NCBI GenBank assembly: GCA_030615265.1
Contig: JAUWZP010000001.1
Coordinates: 6,225 to 70,224 of the forward strand
DNA: 64,000 nucleotides
Direction of reading: 5' to 3'
Source of the DNA: Candidatus Bathyarchaeota archaeon
GTDB lineage: Archaea > Thermoproteota > Bathyarchaeia > Bathyarchaeales > Bathyarchaeaceae
Shown here: positions 43,989 to 53,448 of the stretch, one piece after another
Numbering within the stretch: the first letter of the stretch is position 1
Layout: the number at the start of each line of letters is the position of its first letter
Notes under the pieces: generated by a model
Told to the model about the DNA's origin: nothing
Database searches by the model: none
Seen by the model: only the letters and a program-made list of their open reading frames with translations
Position numbers and translations under genes: made by a program

Positions 43989-45056
43989 TTGCCAGCATCC
44001 TCCATTGACACCTTTCTCGCATGCTCAGTCATGATTGTACTCGTTTTGTCAGCAATGGTAGGTACATCTAAGCTTATGACTCCTTACATACGTGGCTTGT
44101 CAAACAGAGATGATCCTGAGCGGCTGCAGCAACTTGCTTCGCATATCCTTTTAAATACTGGAACGCCGTCCAACTGGGGAGAAACGCAGGAAGTCACACC
44201 TAGCAGTCTAGGTCTAGCTAAGGCAGATTCTTTCCTGCCTTATGAACTCGACATCGACAAAGTTTCACGTCTAAACAGCGAAAACGCATATGCGCTGACT
44301 TACCGTGAGCTATGGGAATCACTTGGCATACAAGATGTCGCCTTTCAGATAGAAATAGGAACATTGTTTGAACTTTCAATTGAGGCAACTTCAAATCAAA
44401 CACAAGGAGCTGATACAGTTTACGAGTTTGAAGTTACGACAAAAAAATCTGGAATGCCTATCCCAGCGAACTTGAGCAGCTATGTGGTTGTTGAAAATTT
44501 TGTGAATAACGTGACCTCTTCCACCTCTTCTAACGGAGTTGGCTCATTTTCCATCAATGTTCCAAACTCGGTGAATGGCACAACGCTTCTACTCGTTTTC
44601 GCCAGGGCACAAGCTAATCCGCGGATGGTTTCCTTCAACGTTTACGCTTTCGGTCACAACTCGGCGACTCCTTCTCCTAACAGAACCTTCCTATCCCTCA
44701 GCCCTCTAAACTACGTCTTAAACGTGTCCATCACCTATTCCAGCACAGAGATTCTGAAAGCACAAGTGTTCACATTTAACTACAATTTCAGCCTAACCGA
44801 GAAAGCTCAAGGGAACCAAACTGTAGAGTACAATATTCCGCGCCTTCTAGATTCAAGCCCAATGATACTAGTGCTCACCGGACTCAACGGGTCATCTTCC
44901 TTCGCGGAGTGGGTTTCATATCCTCAACTGCCACTGCAGATAGGCTCAGATTTCAGCCAGAGTATAGCTGGGGCAAAAATAGTCTCACAAACTACTATTG
45001 TAACCATAAATTTTGCGCTTTACGAAGTTGTGACAAAATGGGGAGGACCAACATAA
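43989..45056 (+). CDS. pilus-associated secreted protein with N-terminal hydrophobic helix, sequon-rich
   Basis: IDTFLACSVMIVLVLSAMVGTS N-terminus and many N-x-S/T. Operon context. Confidence 0.45.
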   Translation: MPASSIDTFLACSVMIVLVLSAMVGTSKLMTPYIRGLSNRDDPERLQQLASHILLNTGTPSNWGETQEVTPSSLGLAKADSFLPYELDIDKVSRLNSENAYALTYRELWESLGIQDVAFQIEIGTLFELSIEATSNQTQGADTVYEFEVTTKKSGMPIPANLSSYVVVENFVNNVTSSTSSNGVGSFSINVPNSVNGTTLLLVFARAQANPRMVSFNVYAFGHNSATPSPNRTFLSLSPLNYVLNVSITYSSTEILKAQVFTFNYNFSLTEKAQGNQTVEYNIPRLLDSSPMILVLTGLNGSSSFAEWVSYPQLPLQIGSDFSQSIAGAKIVSQTTIVTINFALYEVVTKWGGPT

Positions 45057-45479
45057 GTGCTTGACAACAGAGGACAAACCAGAATAATCGAAGCCTTTCT
45101 GGCAATTGCAGTTGTATTTTCAGCGCTGATAATTAGCGCTGTCACGTTTCCGTCTTCCCCAACTCTCACGAAGCAAAAGTCTTTGGCAAGCCTTGGAATA
45201 CAAGCTTTAATAGAACTTGACATTAATGGCACGCTTGGAAAACTCGTTGCGCAAGAAAACTGGACTGCAATAAAACAATCTCTCGACGTCGTACTGCCCA
45301 TAGGTGTTTCATTTAACCTCACAATCTATGATGAAAACTTAATCCAGCTTAACTCGCAAGTTATTCAGAACACCAATTTGCTGGGCCGTGAAACAGTTTC
45401 GGTGCAATATTTCTGTGCAACTCAAAGCCAGAACATCCAGTTTTTTACCCTTCGCATGCAGTTGGCTTGGACTAGGTGA
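45057..45479 (+). CDS. pilin-like protein (class III signal peptide)
   Basis: MLDNRGQ/TRIIEAFLAIAVVFSALIISAV. The GTG start abuts the previous stop. Confidence 0.55.
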   Translation: MLDNRGQTRIIEAFLAIAVVFSALIISAVTFPSSPTLTKQKSLASLGIQALIELDINGTLGKLVAQENWTAIKQSLDVVLPIGVSFNLTIYDENLIQLNSQVIQNTNLLGRETVSVQYFCATQSQNIQFFTLRMQLAWTR

Positions 45480-46246
45480 CAGAAATGAGAGAAAAGAAAA
45501 ATTCCGGCCAAGTTCTGTTGATTGCTGCTTTCATTATGGCCCTTCTTCTCCTATCCGCTGAACTTTACATTTTTGATGTTGGAAAAATCATGTACGAAGT
45601 CGAGTTGAATTCTCTAACCGATTTCGTTCTCGCTGTTGAACTAGGCTCCAGACATGTTGTGGTGGGCTCTCTTGCAAACGTTTCTAATGGTGGATCAAGT
45701 AGCGTCCTCGAGTGGAACCTTCAGAATTGGTCTTCTCTCATCAACGGGCAATATCAGTTTGGAAAGAGTGTTTTAGATTACACTTTGGAAGAGACCTCTC
45801 CTTACTCGTCTGGCATTTGGATAGATTGGGGCACAAATGGCCTTGGGGTTTCTTCAGCCTACGCCAACTTCACGTACAAACTATTAGGTCGAGAGGCCAA
45901 TCTCAACCAGTCCTACTTCATAAACGTGACAACCATGCTTCTTATCGAGAGCGCCTTTAGGACGATCCAGGGAAATGACAAACAGATCAACGTTACCATT
46001 AATCTTCTAAACGGCGGAAACCCCGCGCTTGCAGGGCAGATTGCTGTCTACTACAATGATCAGCAAGGTAACTGGTTGATTCCAGACGAAACAAGCAACA
46101 ACTACACAATTTCGGACTATGGCAATGGCACGTACCTAGCATCCTTCGTAGCCAGCATTCCCGGTCAAAACGTGGAAGTATCAACCAATGTCATCGACCA
46201 GAGGGAAATCTACGTCCAGTCCAATGCGACAAGCACGGAAATCTAA
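45476..46246 (+). CDS. pilin-like protein (class III signal peptide)
   Basis: ...KKNSGQ/VLLIAAFIMALLLLSAELYIF. 4-nt overlap with the previous gene. Confidence 0.55.
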   Translation: MTEMREKKNSGQVLLIAAFIMALLLLSAELYIFDVGKIMYEVELNSLTDFVLAVELGSRHVVVGSLANVSNGGSSSVLEWNLQNWSSLINGQYQFGKSVLDYTLEETSPYSSGIWIDWGTNGLGVSSAYANFTYKLLGREANLNQSYFINVTTMLLIESAFRTIQGNDKQINVTINLLNGGNPALAGQIAVYYNDQQGNWLIPDETSNNYTISDYGNGTYLASFVASIPGQNVEVSTNVIDQREIYVQSNATSTEI

Positions 46247-46361
46247 ATATCGATATTTATCGGATTGTTGCGCTCCAAAGATCTGTGTTGGCAGACTAAC
46301 AAGTTTTATTTCTTAGCACAGATAAATACGCATTTGTCATTTCATCGAGCTAGGGTTGGAC

Positions 46362-46667
46362 ATGGCTAAGTCATATCGCCTTATTGTGCGTGTTAAAGAA
46401 ATCAGAGGTAAATGCCCAGTCTTCAAGGTTGGAGATAAAATTGTCATTGAATCACCTCATATAATTCCAAAAGAAACTGATGCTCTCTGCGTTCACGCGT
46501 TGGGTTCTATGTTGTCCATGATTACCGCCTTAAGTCACGGCATCAGCTTTGAGGAACTGGGACTTGCCCATGAAAAAGGCGATATTGGGTATGTTCAATG
46601 TCTTGACCCTGGACCACCATACACTCTAGGCGGGACCGTGATCTTCGAGATAAGGCGAGAGCGATAA
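46362..46667 (+). CDS. TIGR04076-family protein
   Basis: GKCPVFKVGDKIVIE...DALCVHALGSMLSMITAL...YVQCLDPGPP...VIFEIRR matches my recollection of TIGR04076 (C-P...GD ... C..A...l.p....l ... CpDp ... v.FeI.R). Confidence 0.6.
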   Translation: MAKSYRLIVRVKEIRGKCPVFKVGDKIVIESPHIIPKETDALCVHALGSMLSMITALSHGISFEELGLAHEKGDIGYVQCLDPGPPYTLGGTVIFEIRRER

Positions 46668-46758
46668 GGGAATTCTTTGAAGAAGAAACAGGATTGAAGC
46701 TAATAATCAAGGATGCAGAATCTTCATTTTGTGAGCTAACCTATTTATTATCTCTATA

Positions 46759-47310
46759 ATGAGGAAGTGGAAGATGAACGCTACTAGGAGAACCGTGGTG
46801 CTAGGCCTTGTCTTTCTCTTCCTTTTGGCTTTGTCCTACATTGAAAACGTGTCTTTTTTCAACTACATTCAGGACGTTTTTATGAACTTTCCATTAGCTA
46901 TGAGTCTTGTATTTATTCACAACCTTCTGGCAGTTTCGCTGATTATACTTGGCATGGCGTTTTATGTCGAGTTTGTTTTGGCTTTTCTGCCTGAAAAGGA
47001 AATAGAACGCGTTGTGCTTCATCATCCTCGCATCTTCGCTTTGGTGTTTACCATTGTGATTCTATCTATGAGTATTCTGAGGGCATCTACTTTGTTTCAG
47101 GGTCAAGTTGCAGTTAATACCTTGGCGTTTGTGGTGCTTTTCAGTCTGCCAAACGGAATCTTAGAGGGCTACGGCATTTTTCGGTCTATAGAGAAAACTT
47201 TGGGGAGAAAACTTGTGCTTAAAGACCTTGTCATCGTCTACTCAATCTTCTTTTTCGCAGCCATCTTCGAAGTAGGGTTTGTTCACATTCTAATCTGGAT
47301 ATCCACTTAG
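46759..47310 (+). CDS. membrane protein, SpoIIM/DUF95-like
   Basis: 4-5 TM helices. FIHNLLAVSLIILG and LPNGILEGYGIF resemble the DUF95 N..v......G / pHGi.E.pa motifs. Confidence 0.45.
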   Translation: MRKWKMNATRRTVVLGLVFLFLLALSYIENVSFFNYIQDVFMNFPLAMSLVFIHNLLAVSLIILGMAFYVEFVLAFLPEKEIERVVLHHPRIFALVFTIVILSMSILRASTLFQGQVAVNTLAFVVLFSLPNGILEGYGIFRSIEKTLGRKLVLKDLVIVYSIFFFAAIFEVGFVHILIWIST

Positions 47311-47504
47311 CCCTGTCTATTGATTACCCTGTGAAAATCTTCTCGGTCACCCTATGGTCAGAGCTTGCATTCTTATATTTCAGTGTGGCGGAACCTGAGC
47401 GCACCTTCTTATTCCGATTCAGCTTTGAGAGATTCACGATCCATAATCCTTTTCAATATTCAGAACCAGAATCGATGCACGAAGACATCTGGAGGACATG
47501 GAAA

Positions 47505-47612
47505 ATGAGGAGGTTCTTAGTCACTAGCGGATGCAGTTTCATCGGAAGTCACATGGCAACCGGCGCACGCAAGTCTAGAACACATCTACATTTAGAAACA
47601 ATTTCACCATGA
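47505..47612 (+). pseudogene. possible decayed N-terminal relic of an NAD-dependent epimerase
   Basis: MRRFLVTSGCSFIGSHMA resembles MKALVTGGCGFIGSHLA of the gene at 4357. Similarity is lost after 18 residues and the frame ends 35 codons in. Confidence 0.25.
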
Positions 47613-47621
47613 AAACAATGG

Positions 47622-48164
47622 TCAGCTTGTTGATTGCTCGGAATCGTCTGGTGAAAATGCTTTCGCTGACTTCTGAAGTTCCTTTGTGATAGTCGACATG
47701 AACCTTACACGTGTTTCGATCTTTTGTCGATGTGAGGCAACCAGTCTCTTCAACGTTGGCATGATATCATAGGTAATCTTGAGAAGAAGCTCACGATGTC
47801 TCTGCTCTGTTAAGTTTATTGACTTCATTCTTCCATTTGGATAAAGGATAAGGAGTTGACCGGTGAGATCCAGGTTTGCTTGGCTCACCTTTCCCCATTC
47901 TTCTGGCAATACTGCGATGGAAACCGGCAGTGTCCGGGTGAGAGGTTTCATAATTTTAAGGAGAGCTGCGAGGAATTCTTTGACGAGCATGTTTTCTTCT
48001 GTTGTAAGTTCGGAAATTTGCCCTGTTTGTTCACGTATGTCGTTCAGAGTTTTGAGATGATCTTCGGGGCTTTTCTCTTTCATCTCTGGGATTGCCTTTT
48101 TTTCCTTTTGGGGCTCCTCTACACTTTTTACTTCTTTAAGAAACTGTTCTTGGCTCATGAGCAT
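47622..48164 (-). CDS. hypothetical helical protein
   Basis: 180 aa, charged and helical. No family recognised. Confidence 0.4.
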   Translation of the reverse strand: MLMSQEQFLKEVKSVEEPQKEKKAIPEMKEKSPEDHLKTLNDIREQTGQISELTTEENMLVKEFLAALLKIMKPLTRTLPVSIAVLPEEWGKVSQANLDLTGQLLILYPNGRMKSINLTEQRHRELLLKITYDIMPTLKRLVASHRQKIETRVRFMSTITKELQKSAKAFSPDDSEQSTS

Positions 48165-48481
48165 CCTCCTTGAAGGTGGAGGGGAAAGTTAGTTAAAAGA
48201 TTTGTATGTAGCATGATTCTTCGCACATTTTTAATGCGCGTGCCTTATGTATAATTGATTTTTTGTAGGAGAGTTATAATGTGCGTAGGCTTAGGGTTTC
48301 TTCTATCGCCCATGTGCGTTATGTTAAGTGAGAATAGTTTTCAGGTGTGGTCATGAGTGTGCATAGATGTTATATCTCAAGTCATAAGACATAATATTTA
48401 TATGTTTTCCGCACTATATTTAAAGTTGAGGTTCAGATTCTGTCGCTCCAAACCCGAGGGACAACCAAGGTAGACAAAGAA

Positions 48482-49453
48482 GTGGTGCATGTAAGACGAA
48501 ATGGCGCTAGGATCAGTGTTCGATTAACTAGGAAGCAATCTGCGACGAAATCACCTCTCGAAAACCTGTACAATGTTGACCTCAAGAAATATAATCTTCA
48601 TCGAAATTACGAATTTCCACAGAAAGTCCAAAGCTTAATTCCGATGGGCACGCCTCCATTCATCCAGGGCGAACATGATTACGTTACGCAGATAATAAGA
48701 GCCCTTTACCATTTCAAGCAATGCGCACTAATCGGTCCATCTGGAACGGGAAAGACCCATATCGCATATCTCGTGTGTGAGCTTACGGGGTTGCCTATGT
48801 ATGAGATTAACTGCGGTCTTCAAACGTCGTCCTATGATCTTATAGGACGGTACATCGGGCTTGGAAAAGAGAACTGGATCGACGGCCCGTTGGTTTCTTG
48901 GCTTAAGAATGGAGGCTTGATGTATCTGGATGAAGCCAACATGATGAAACAAGATGTTGCCACGAGGCTAAACCCTGTACTTGACACGAGGGGGCACATG
49001 GTGATCACGGAGAAAGACGGTGAAGTCGTCCATCGAAGCAAGCATGGATACTTAATGATTACTTTGAACCCTTTTTCTGCAGAGTTCGCTGGAACCAAAC
49101 CGATGAACGCAGCCTTCAGAAGGCGTATGACTGTATGGGTAAATTTTGATTACGCCAGTGTCGGAGACCGAATTGTTCCTGCAGAAGCCAAGCTAATAGC
49201 TAAGAAAGGTGTAGATGAGGACACTGCCTATCAGATTCTTAGGGTTGGAGCAGAGATGCGGAGGCAGTACAAGGCAGGAGACTTGCCTTACGGGCCTTCA
49301 CTTGGAGATTTAATGCACTGGGCGGTTCTGATTGGCGATGGTCTTGATCCTGTAGTGGCGGGCGAGAACACAATAGTTGCTTTGACCAGTGATAGCATTG
49401 AAGTGCAGGGAGATGTAAGAAGAATTATCGAAAGAGTTTTCAAGAGCGATTAG
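48482..49453 (+). CDS. AAA+ ATPase, AAA_5 / CbbQ-NorQ-MoxR-like
   Basis: Walker A LIGPSGTGKTHIA, Walker B GGLMYLDEANMM and a sensor region ...LMITLNPF... Paired with a VWA protein. Confidence 0.8.
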   Translation: MVHVRRNGARISVRLTRKQSATKSPLENLYNVDLKKYNLHRNYEFPQKVQSLIPMGTPPFIQGEHDYVTQIIRALYHFKQCALIGPSGTGKTHIAYLVCELTGLPMYEINCGLQTSSYDLIGRYIGLGKENWIDGPLVSWLKNGGLMYLDEANMMKQDVATRLNPVLDTRGHMVITEKDGEVVHRSKHGYLMITLNPFSAEFAGTKPMNAAFRRRMTVWVNFDYASVGDRIVPAEAKLIAKKGVDEDTAYQILRVGAEMRRQYKAGDLPYGPSLGDLMHWAVLIGDGLDPVVAGENTIVALTSDSIEVQGDVRRIIERVFKSD

Positions 49454-49481
49454 CCGGTCATCGGCTACAATATAACGCAAT

Positions 49482-51224
49482 ATGGTGGTTCCAGTGGGTT
49501 ACCTTGAATATGCCGTGTCTTTATTTTTCAGAAAAGACCAGTTCAAGACAAAGTTGCGCATCGACCCAGAACTCGAGCAACCAACTCTTTCACGCGATGA
49601 AGTTGGCTTTTCAATAGTTTTGCCAGAACCTGTTATACATGGGGATGAGGAGGAGGAAACAATTTCGTTTTTGGGATATCAATTTCCAGCGGGGAAGTCG
49701 GGGAAACTACTCGTTGCTAAACTGTTCAAGGCTTGTGTCTTCCACCTTAGCGCACACGTTGCTACTTCAAGTTTTGAAGTCTACTCCAAATGGGAGAAGC
49801 AGAAAGAGGGGCGTCTTGCAAAGTTTACGGAGTCACTGGTTGAAGATGCCAAAGTTAACGCCTATATCTTTGCACGGTATCCCGGTAAGCTTGTAGACAT
49901 AGCTTTCGCTAACTCTCTCGCCTTCAAAAGATCAAAGTCTCTTGGAAAAATCTGGAATCCAGCCACTAGGGTTATGGCTGCATCGCTGCTGCAAGCTAAT
50001 ATAGGTGTAGTTAAGGGCGAGATGAGAACGGAAGAACAGGAAATAGTTAGTCAAGTAGTGAATAAGCTTGGACAACTGAAGAATACAGTATTGGAATCTT
50101 TTGCTGGTGAGGAGACAAACAAAGACAATGTAGGATTGAAAGCTGCTGATGAAATCTATCATGTTCTTGAACCTTATGGACCTGTACTTGAGGTTCCATC
50201 CTTTCCTCATACAGAACAGTTCGATCGGTGTACTCTTTTTCCTCAATGTCAAGTGCAGCCAGACGATGGAGTCGGAGATGTATTCAGCAAATGTTTAACA
50301 GCTCTAGGAGGAGAAGGTTCAGGAGGTGAGTTACAACAGACGATGTGGGAAAAGGCAGCTGAGGCGGAGGCATTTCAAGTCTTCGATTCTTGGTCTCGCG
50401 AAAAAGAAAAAAAGGAAAAGGTCCTTGACAGATATGAAGAACTTGTTTCTTTGACCAGATTTAAATCAGTTGGCTTTCCATGTGATGACTACACGCAATA
50501 CCTTAGAGCGAAGGCTACGACTAAAAGCGCAACAAGGAGGCTCATAGATAGCCTCATGGTGGGGTTCGATGCCTTGGATGAGGACCCTAGAAAAATGTTT
50601 GGGGTTTTAGACATTCAAGAAGTTATACAAGTTATGGCTGCTAAGGGTTCGAGAACGGATGTTTTCATGCGAGAGGAGAATTTAAGCAAGAGCTATGCTT
50701 GGGTCATCCTCCTTGATGCAAGTAGAAGTATGAGTCCTATTGGCGATGATGTTCGAAATTTTGGCATATGTCTTGCTGAGTGCGCAAAGGAGATGTTGAT
50801 AGATTCAACATCTTGGGGATTGTACGCATTTAACGATCGGTTTCTCATTTTGAAGGATTCGACAGAAAGATATGGGCCCAAAATAAAAGCAAGGATGGGA
50901 GGACTGAGGTTTGAAGGTTTAACCTACATGCCGGATGCTCTTCAGCTTGCGGGAGAAATTCTAAAGAGCAGAGCTGAAAATCTTAGACTAATAACTATTC
51001 TCTCTGACGGATGGCCCTATGGATACTCAAAGATAACTGCAGCTCTGGCTGAAACCCTTGATTTTCTCGAAAGAAGGAGTATATCTGTCGTTGGAGTGGG
51101 AGTTAAGAGCGACAGGATGGAGAATTACTTCAGGGCAAATTGCAACATCAAAAGCATGAAGGATTTGTCAAAGAGATTTTCAAATCTATTTCTGGAGGCT
51201 TGTAGAGGTGCCGTTGGTCTCTAA
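49482..51224 (+). CDS. von Willebrand factor A domain protein, CbbO/NorD-like partner of the AAA+ ATPase
   Basis: C-terminal VWA domain with MIDAS VILLDASRSMS ... and ITILSDGWP. A long helical N-terminal region as in NorD/CbbO. Confidence 0.75.
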   Translation: MVVPVGYLEYAVSLFFRKDQFKTKLRIDPELEQPTLSRDEVGFSIVLPEPVIHGDEEEETISFLGYQFPAGKSGKLLVAKLFKACVFHLSAHVATSSFEVYSKWEKQKEGRLAKFTESLVEDAKVNAYIFARYPGKLVDIAFANSLAFKRSKSLGKIWNPATRVMAASLLQANIGVVKGEMRTEEQEIVSQVVNKLGQLKNTVLESFAGEETNKDNVGLKAADEIYHVLEPYGPVLEVPSFPHTEQFDRCTLFPQCQVQPDDGVGDVFSKCLTALGGEGSGGELQQTMWEKAAEAEAFQVFDSWSREKEKKEKVLDRYEELVSLTRFKSVGFPCDDYTQYLRAKATTKSATRRLIDSLMVGFDALDEDPRKMFGVLDIQEVIQVMAAKGSRTDVFMREENLSKSYAWVILLDASRSMSPIGDDVRNFGICLAECAKEMLIDSTSWGLYAFNDRFLILKDSTERYGPKIKARMGGLRFEGLTYMPDALQLAGEILKSRAENLRLITILSDGWPYGYSKITAALAETLDFLERRSISVVGVGVKSDRMENYFRANCNIKSMKDLSKRFSNLFLEACRGAVGL

Positions 51225-51409
51225 AAGACAACAAATTATATGTGTGCGCGCATGTTTGAGCCTTATCTTTTGATATATACTTTCAATTCATAAGCAATAA
51301 TAGTGTACTGCATATAACTATCAAATGAAGCTCTTGCCATTAACGTTTTCAAGAGTATGCGTTGATGACAAGGTCTATCTCACAACCTAGTTAAGAAGAG
51401 TAGTTGAAT

Positions 51410-51907
51410 ATGCGTGAAGGAAAGGCAGCAATTGACGCGCGCACCTTGTCGCCTGTTAAGGTCGCCCATGTAATGGTTAAGCAAGTAATAGCTGCTAATT
51501 CAGATTTGACGGTTAGAGAAGCAGTAAACTTGATGAATAAATTCGAGATCGGATGCTTGATTGTATTAACCAAAGGTAAGGTAAATGGGATAGTCACAGA
51601 GCGAGATATACTCAAACGAGTCATAGGCAAGAGTAGAGATGTAAACAAGACAAAGATCAAAGAAATTATGTCACGACCAGTCTTGGTCATTGAGCCCAAC
51701 GCGGAATTAGAAACTGCACTTAAACATATGTTAAGAATGAAAATCAAGAAACTTCCAGTAGTGGAAAAAGGCACACTCGTAGGACTCGTAACCCTCACAG
51801 ACATAGCACGTTTTCAACCCAAAATTCTCAATAAGTTCAAGAAATTACTAATGGGAGAACAGACACCCAAGCGAATCCAAAGAGTAACCAATTGTTACAT
51901 ATCCTGA
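51410..51907 (+). CDS. CBS-domain pair protein
   Basis: Two CBS repeats (VAHVMVKQVIAANSDLTVREAVNLMNKFEIGCLIV...GIVTERDIL and IMSRPVLVIEPNAELETALKHMLRMKIKKLPVV...GLVTLTDI). Confidence 0.8.
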   Translation: MREGKAAIDARTLSPVKVAHVMVKQVIAANSDLTVREAVNLMNKFEIGCLIVLTKGKVNGIVTERDILKRVIGKSRDVNKTKIKEIMSRPVLVIEPNAELETALKHMLRMKIKKLPVVEKGTLVGLVTLTDIARFQPKILNKFKKLLMGEQTPKRIQRVTNCYIS

Positions 51908-52138
51908 ATAGCTCACCAATTTCCTATGCTTCTTTCAAAACCGCTTTTTCATGTGAAATCCTCAGAAAGAAAACGCCGGGTTTTTCTTTACAAGCCGATT
52001 TTCGATGTATTTCGGTAACAGAAACATTGTCTAACTGTTCAGAGGCGCTTGTTTTGTTTGAATGCGCATTTTTTAGACTTAAATGGGTTGATTTAATATG
52101 GCGGGCGCGCATACATCCAGAAGCTTTGGTGCGAGTTC

Positions 52139-52864
52139 TCACACAAGTGCGAAGTAGACACGACGGTTATGTTTCCCCTTGTTTTGAGTTTTAAGCAATT
52201 TTATCTGCCCAACCTCTCTCAGGTTTCTAACGTGTGTTCCCCCATCAGCCTGTCTATCCACACCGACTATCTCTACAATGCGAAGCTTGGGAATATCTGG
52301 AGGAAGCGCCTTAGCCATCTTTATCACTCCCGGGATCTTCAGGGCTTCTCCTTTGGGGAGTTCATACGATTTCACAGCCACGTTTTTCCTGAACAATTCA
52401 TTTGCCTCATCTATGTACTTGTTGAGAATTTCCCGATCATACTTTTCCAAGCTGAAATCGAAACGGATCTTATCTTCTTCAATCTGGTTGCCCGTGACAA
52501 GAGCATGTGTCCCAGTACATAGAAGCGAAGCGAACGCGTGAGCTGCTGTGTGGCTTCGCATAAGCCTGTACCTTCTTTCCCAGTTCAAGACGCAATGAGC
52601 TTTGTCCCCTGCTCTTAACCCGGCTCGATCAACCTCATGGGATACCTCTCCCGAGAACTTGCCAACGTAAACGACATTGTAAACTTCATTTTCCATGATG
52701 ATCTTCCCGGTGTCCCACGGTTGACCTCCACCCTTGGGATAGAAGATGGTCTGGTCAAGAACTATGTATTTTCCATCCTTGACTGAAACCACGTTGGCGT
52801 CGCATTCTCGACGGTAACTGTCCTCCAAATATAACGTTTTAGTCACAGGAAGACCCCCAAGCAA
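52139..52864 (-). CDS. alaX: alanyl-tRNA editing protein AlaX (AlaX-M type)
   Basis: LYLEDSYRRECDANVVSV N-terminal beta-barrel, the HTAAHAFASLL (HxxxH) motif and the GGTHV zinc motif of the second additional domain. Confidence 0.8.
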   Translation of the reverse strand: MLGGLPVTKTLYLEDSYRRECDANVVSVKDGKYIVLDQTIFYPKGGGQPWDTGKIIMENEVYNVVYVGKFSGEVSHEVDRAGLRAGDKAHCVLNWERRYRLMRSHTAAHAFASLLCTGTHALVTGNQIEEDKIRFDFSLEKYDREILNKYIDEANELFRKNVAVKSYELPKGEALKIPGVIKMAKALPPDIPKLRIVEIVGVDRQADGGTHVRNLREVGQIKLLKTQNKGKHNRRVYFALV

Positions 52865-52971
52865 GGTAGATTTTACGGTTTATAAGTGGTACTACGTTCT
52901 ATTTACTGACGCGTTCGTTAAAAACCGCACGTATGCCTAAAGCACGCTAACATTGACCGCACGTGGTTGTG

Positions 52972-53313
52972 TCATTTGATGAATCTCAGAACATAGTCGT
53001 TCACTGTCTGCAGAAACGTCTCTTCCAACTCTAAGCCATAATGCTCGGCTAAAACAAAGATTATGTACAGCAAGTCTGAAAGCTCCTTGGACAACATCTC
53101 CCTAGTCTTAGACTTGTCAGGAGGCTTCAAACCCTCCAACCCCTTAACTACAGCGGCTACCTCGCCAGCCTCCTCAAGCAAATCTGTAACCATCACAAAA
53201 GGCGTCCACCCTTTCCCCCTCTCAGGATCAAGCCTATCATTGATCTTCCTGAAGTTCTTCCAACAAAAATATTGAGCATCACGCAAAGTGACCGACATAC
53301 AAATCACCAGCAC
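52972..53313 (-). CDS. MazG-like nucleoside triphosphate pyrophosphohydrolase
   Basis: LLEEAGEVAAVVKG...ELSDLLYIIFVLAEHYGLELEE is the EExGE ... ExxDxxxxL helical MazG core. Confidence 0.7.
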   Translation of the reverse strand: MLVICMSVTLRDAQYFCWKNFRKINDRLDPERGKGWTPFVMVTDLLEEAGEVAAVVKGLEGLKPPDKSKTREMLSKELSDLLYIIFVLAEHYGLELEETFLQTVNDYVLRFIK

Positions 53314-53448
53314 CGAATTAACAAAGCAAGATTAATAACAATTTTCAAATTTCGATTTTCGGGCGACTATTTCGCGCGCAATGCTTACATAAGAGCGAAC
53401 ACAAAAAGTTAACTCTCAGTAAGAAACAGAAAGCTGGGAGGATACGCC

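Noticed and set aside
47331-47504. Upstream part of the 93-aa ORF 47331-47612.
   Set aside because: No motif. Only the last 35 codons resemble an epimerase N-terminus, so the whole ORF is not treated as a gene.
131-51804. Many ORF-track entries lie antisense to, or overlap, strong genes. Examples: 131-379, 841-1059, 1388-1691, 12060-12554, 14363-14692, 16297-16974, 17801-18082, 20579-20989, 22640-22966, 23390-23803, 28459-28743, 30079-30516, 30324-30797, 31324-31842, 38857-39207, 51391-51804, 52169-52541 and 62787-63599.
   Set aside because: Each lies opposite or inside a gene with clear family motifs. Their sequences are low-complexity or Ser/Arg/Cys-rich, as is typical of shadow ORFs, and none shows a recognisable motif.
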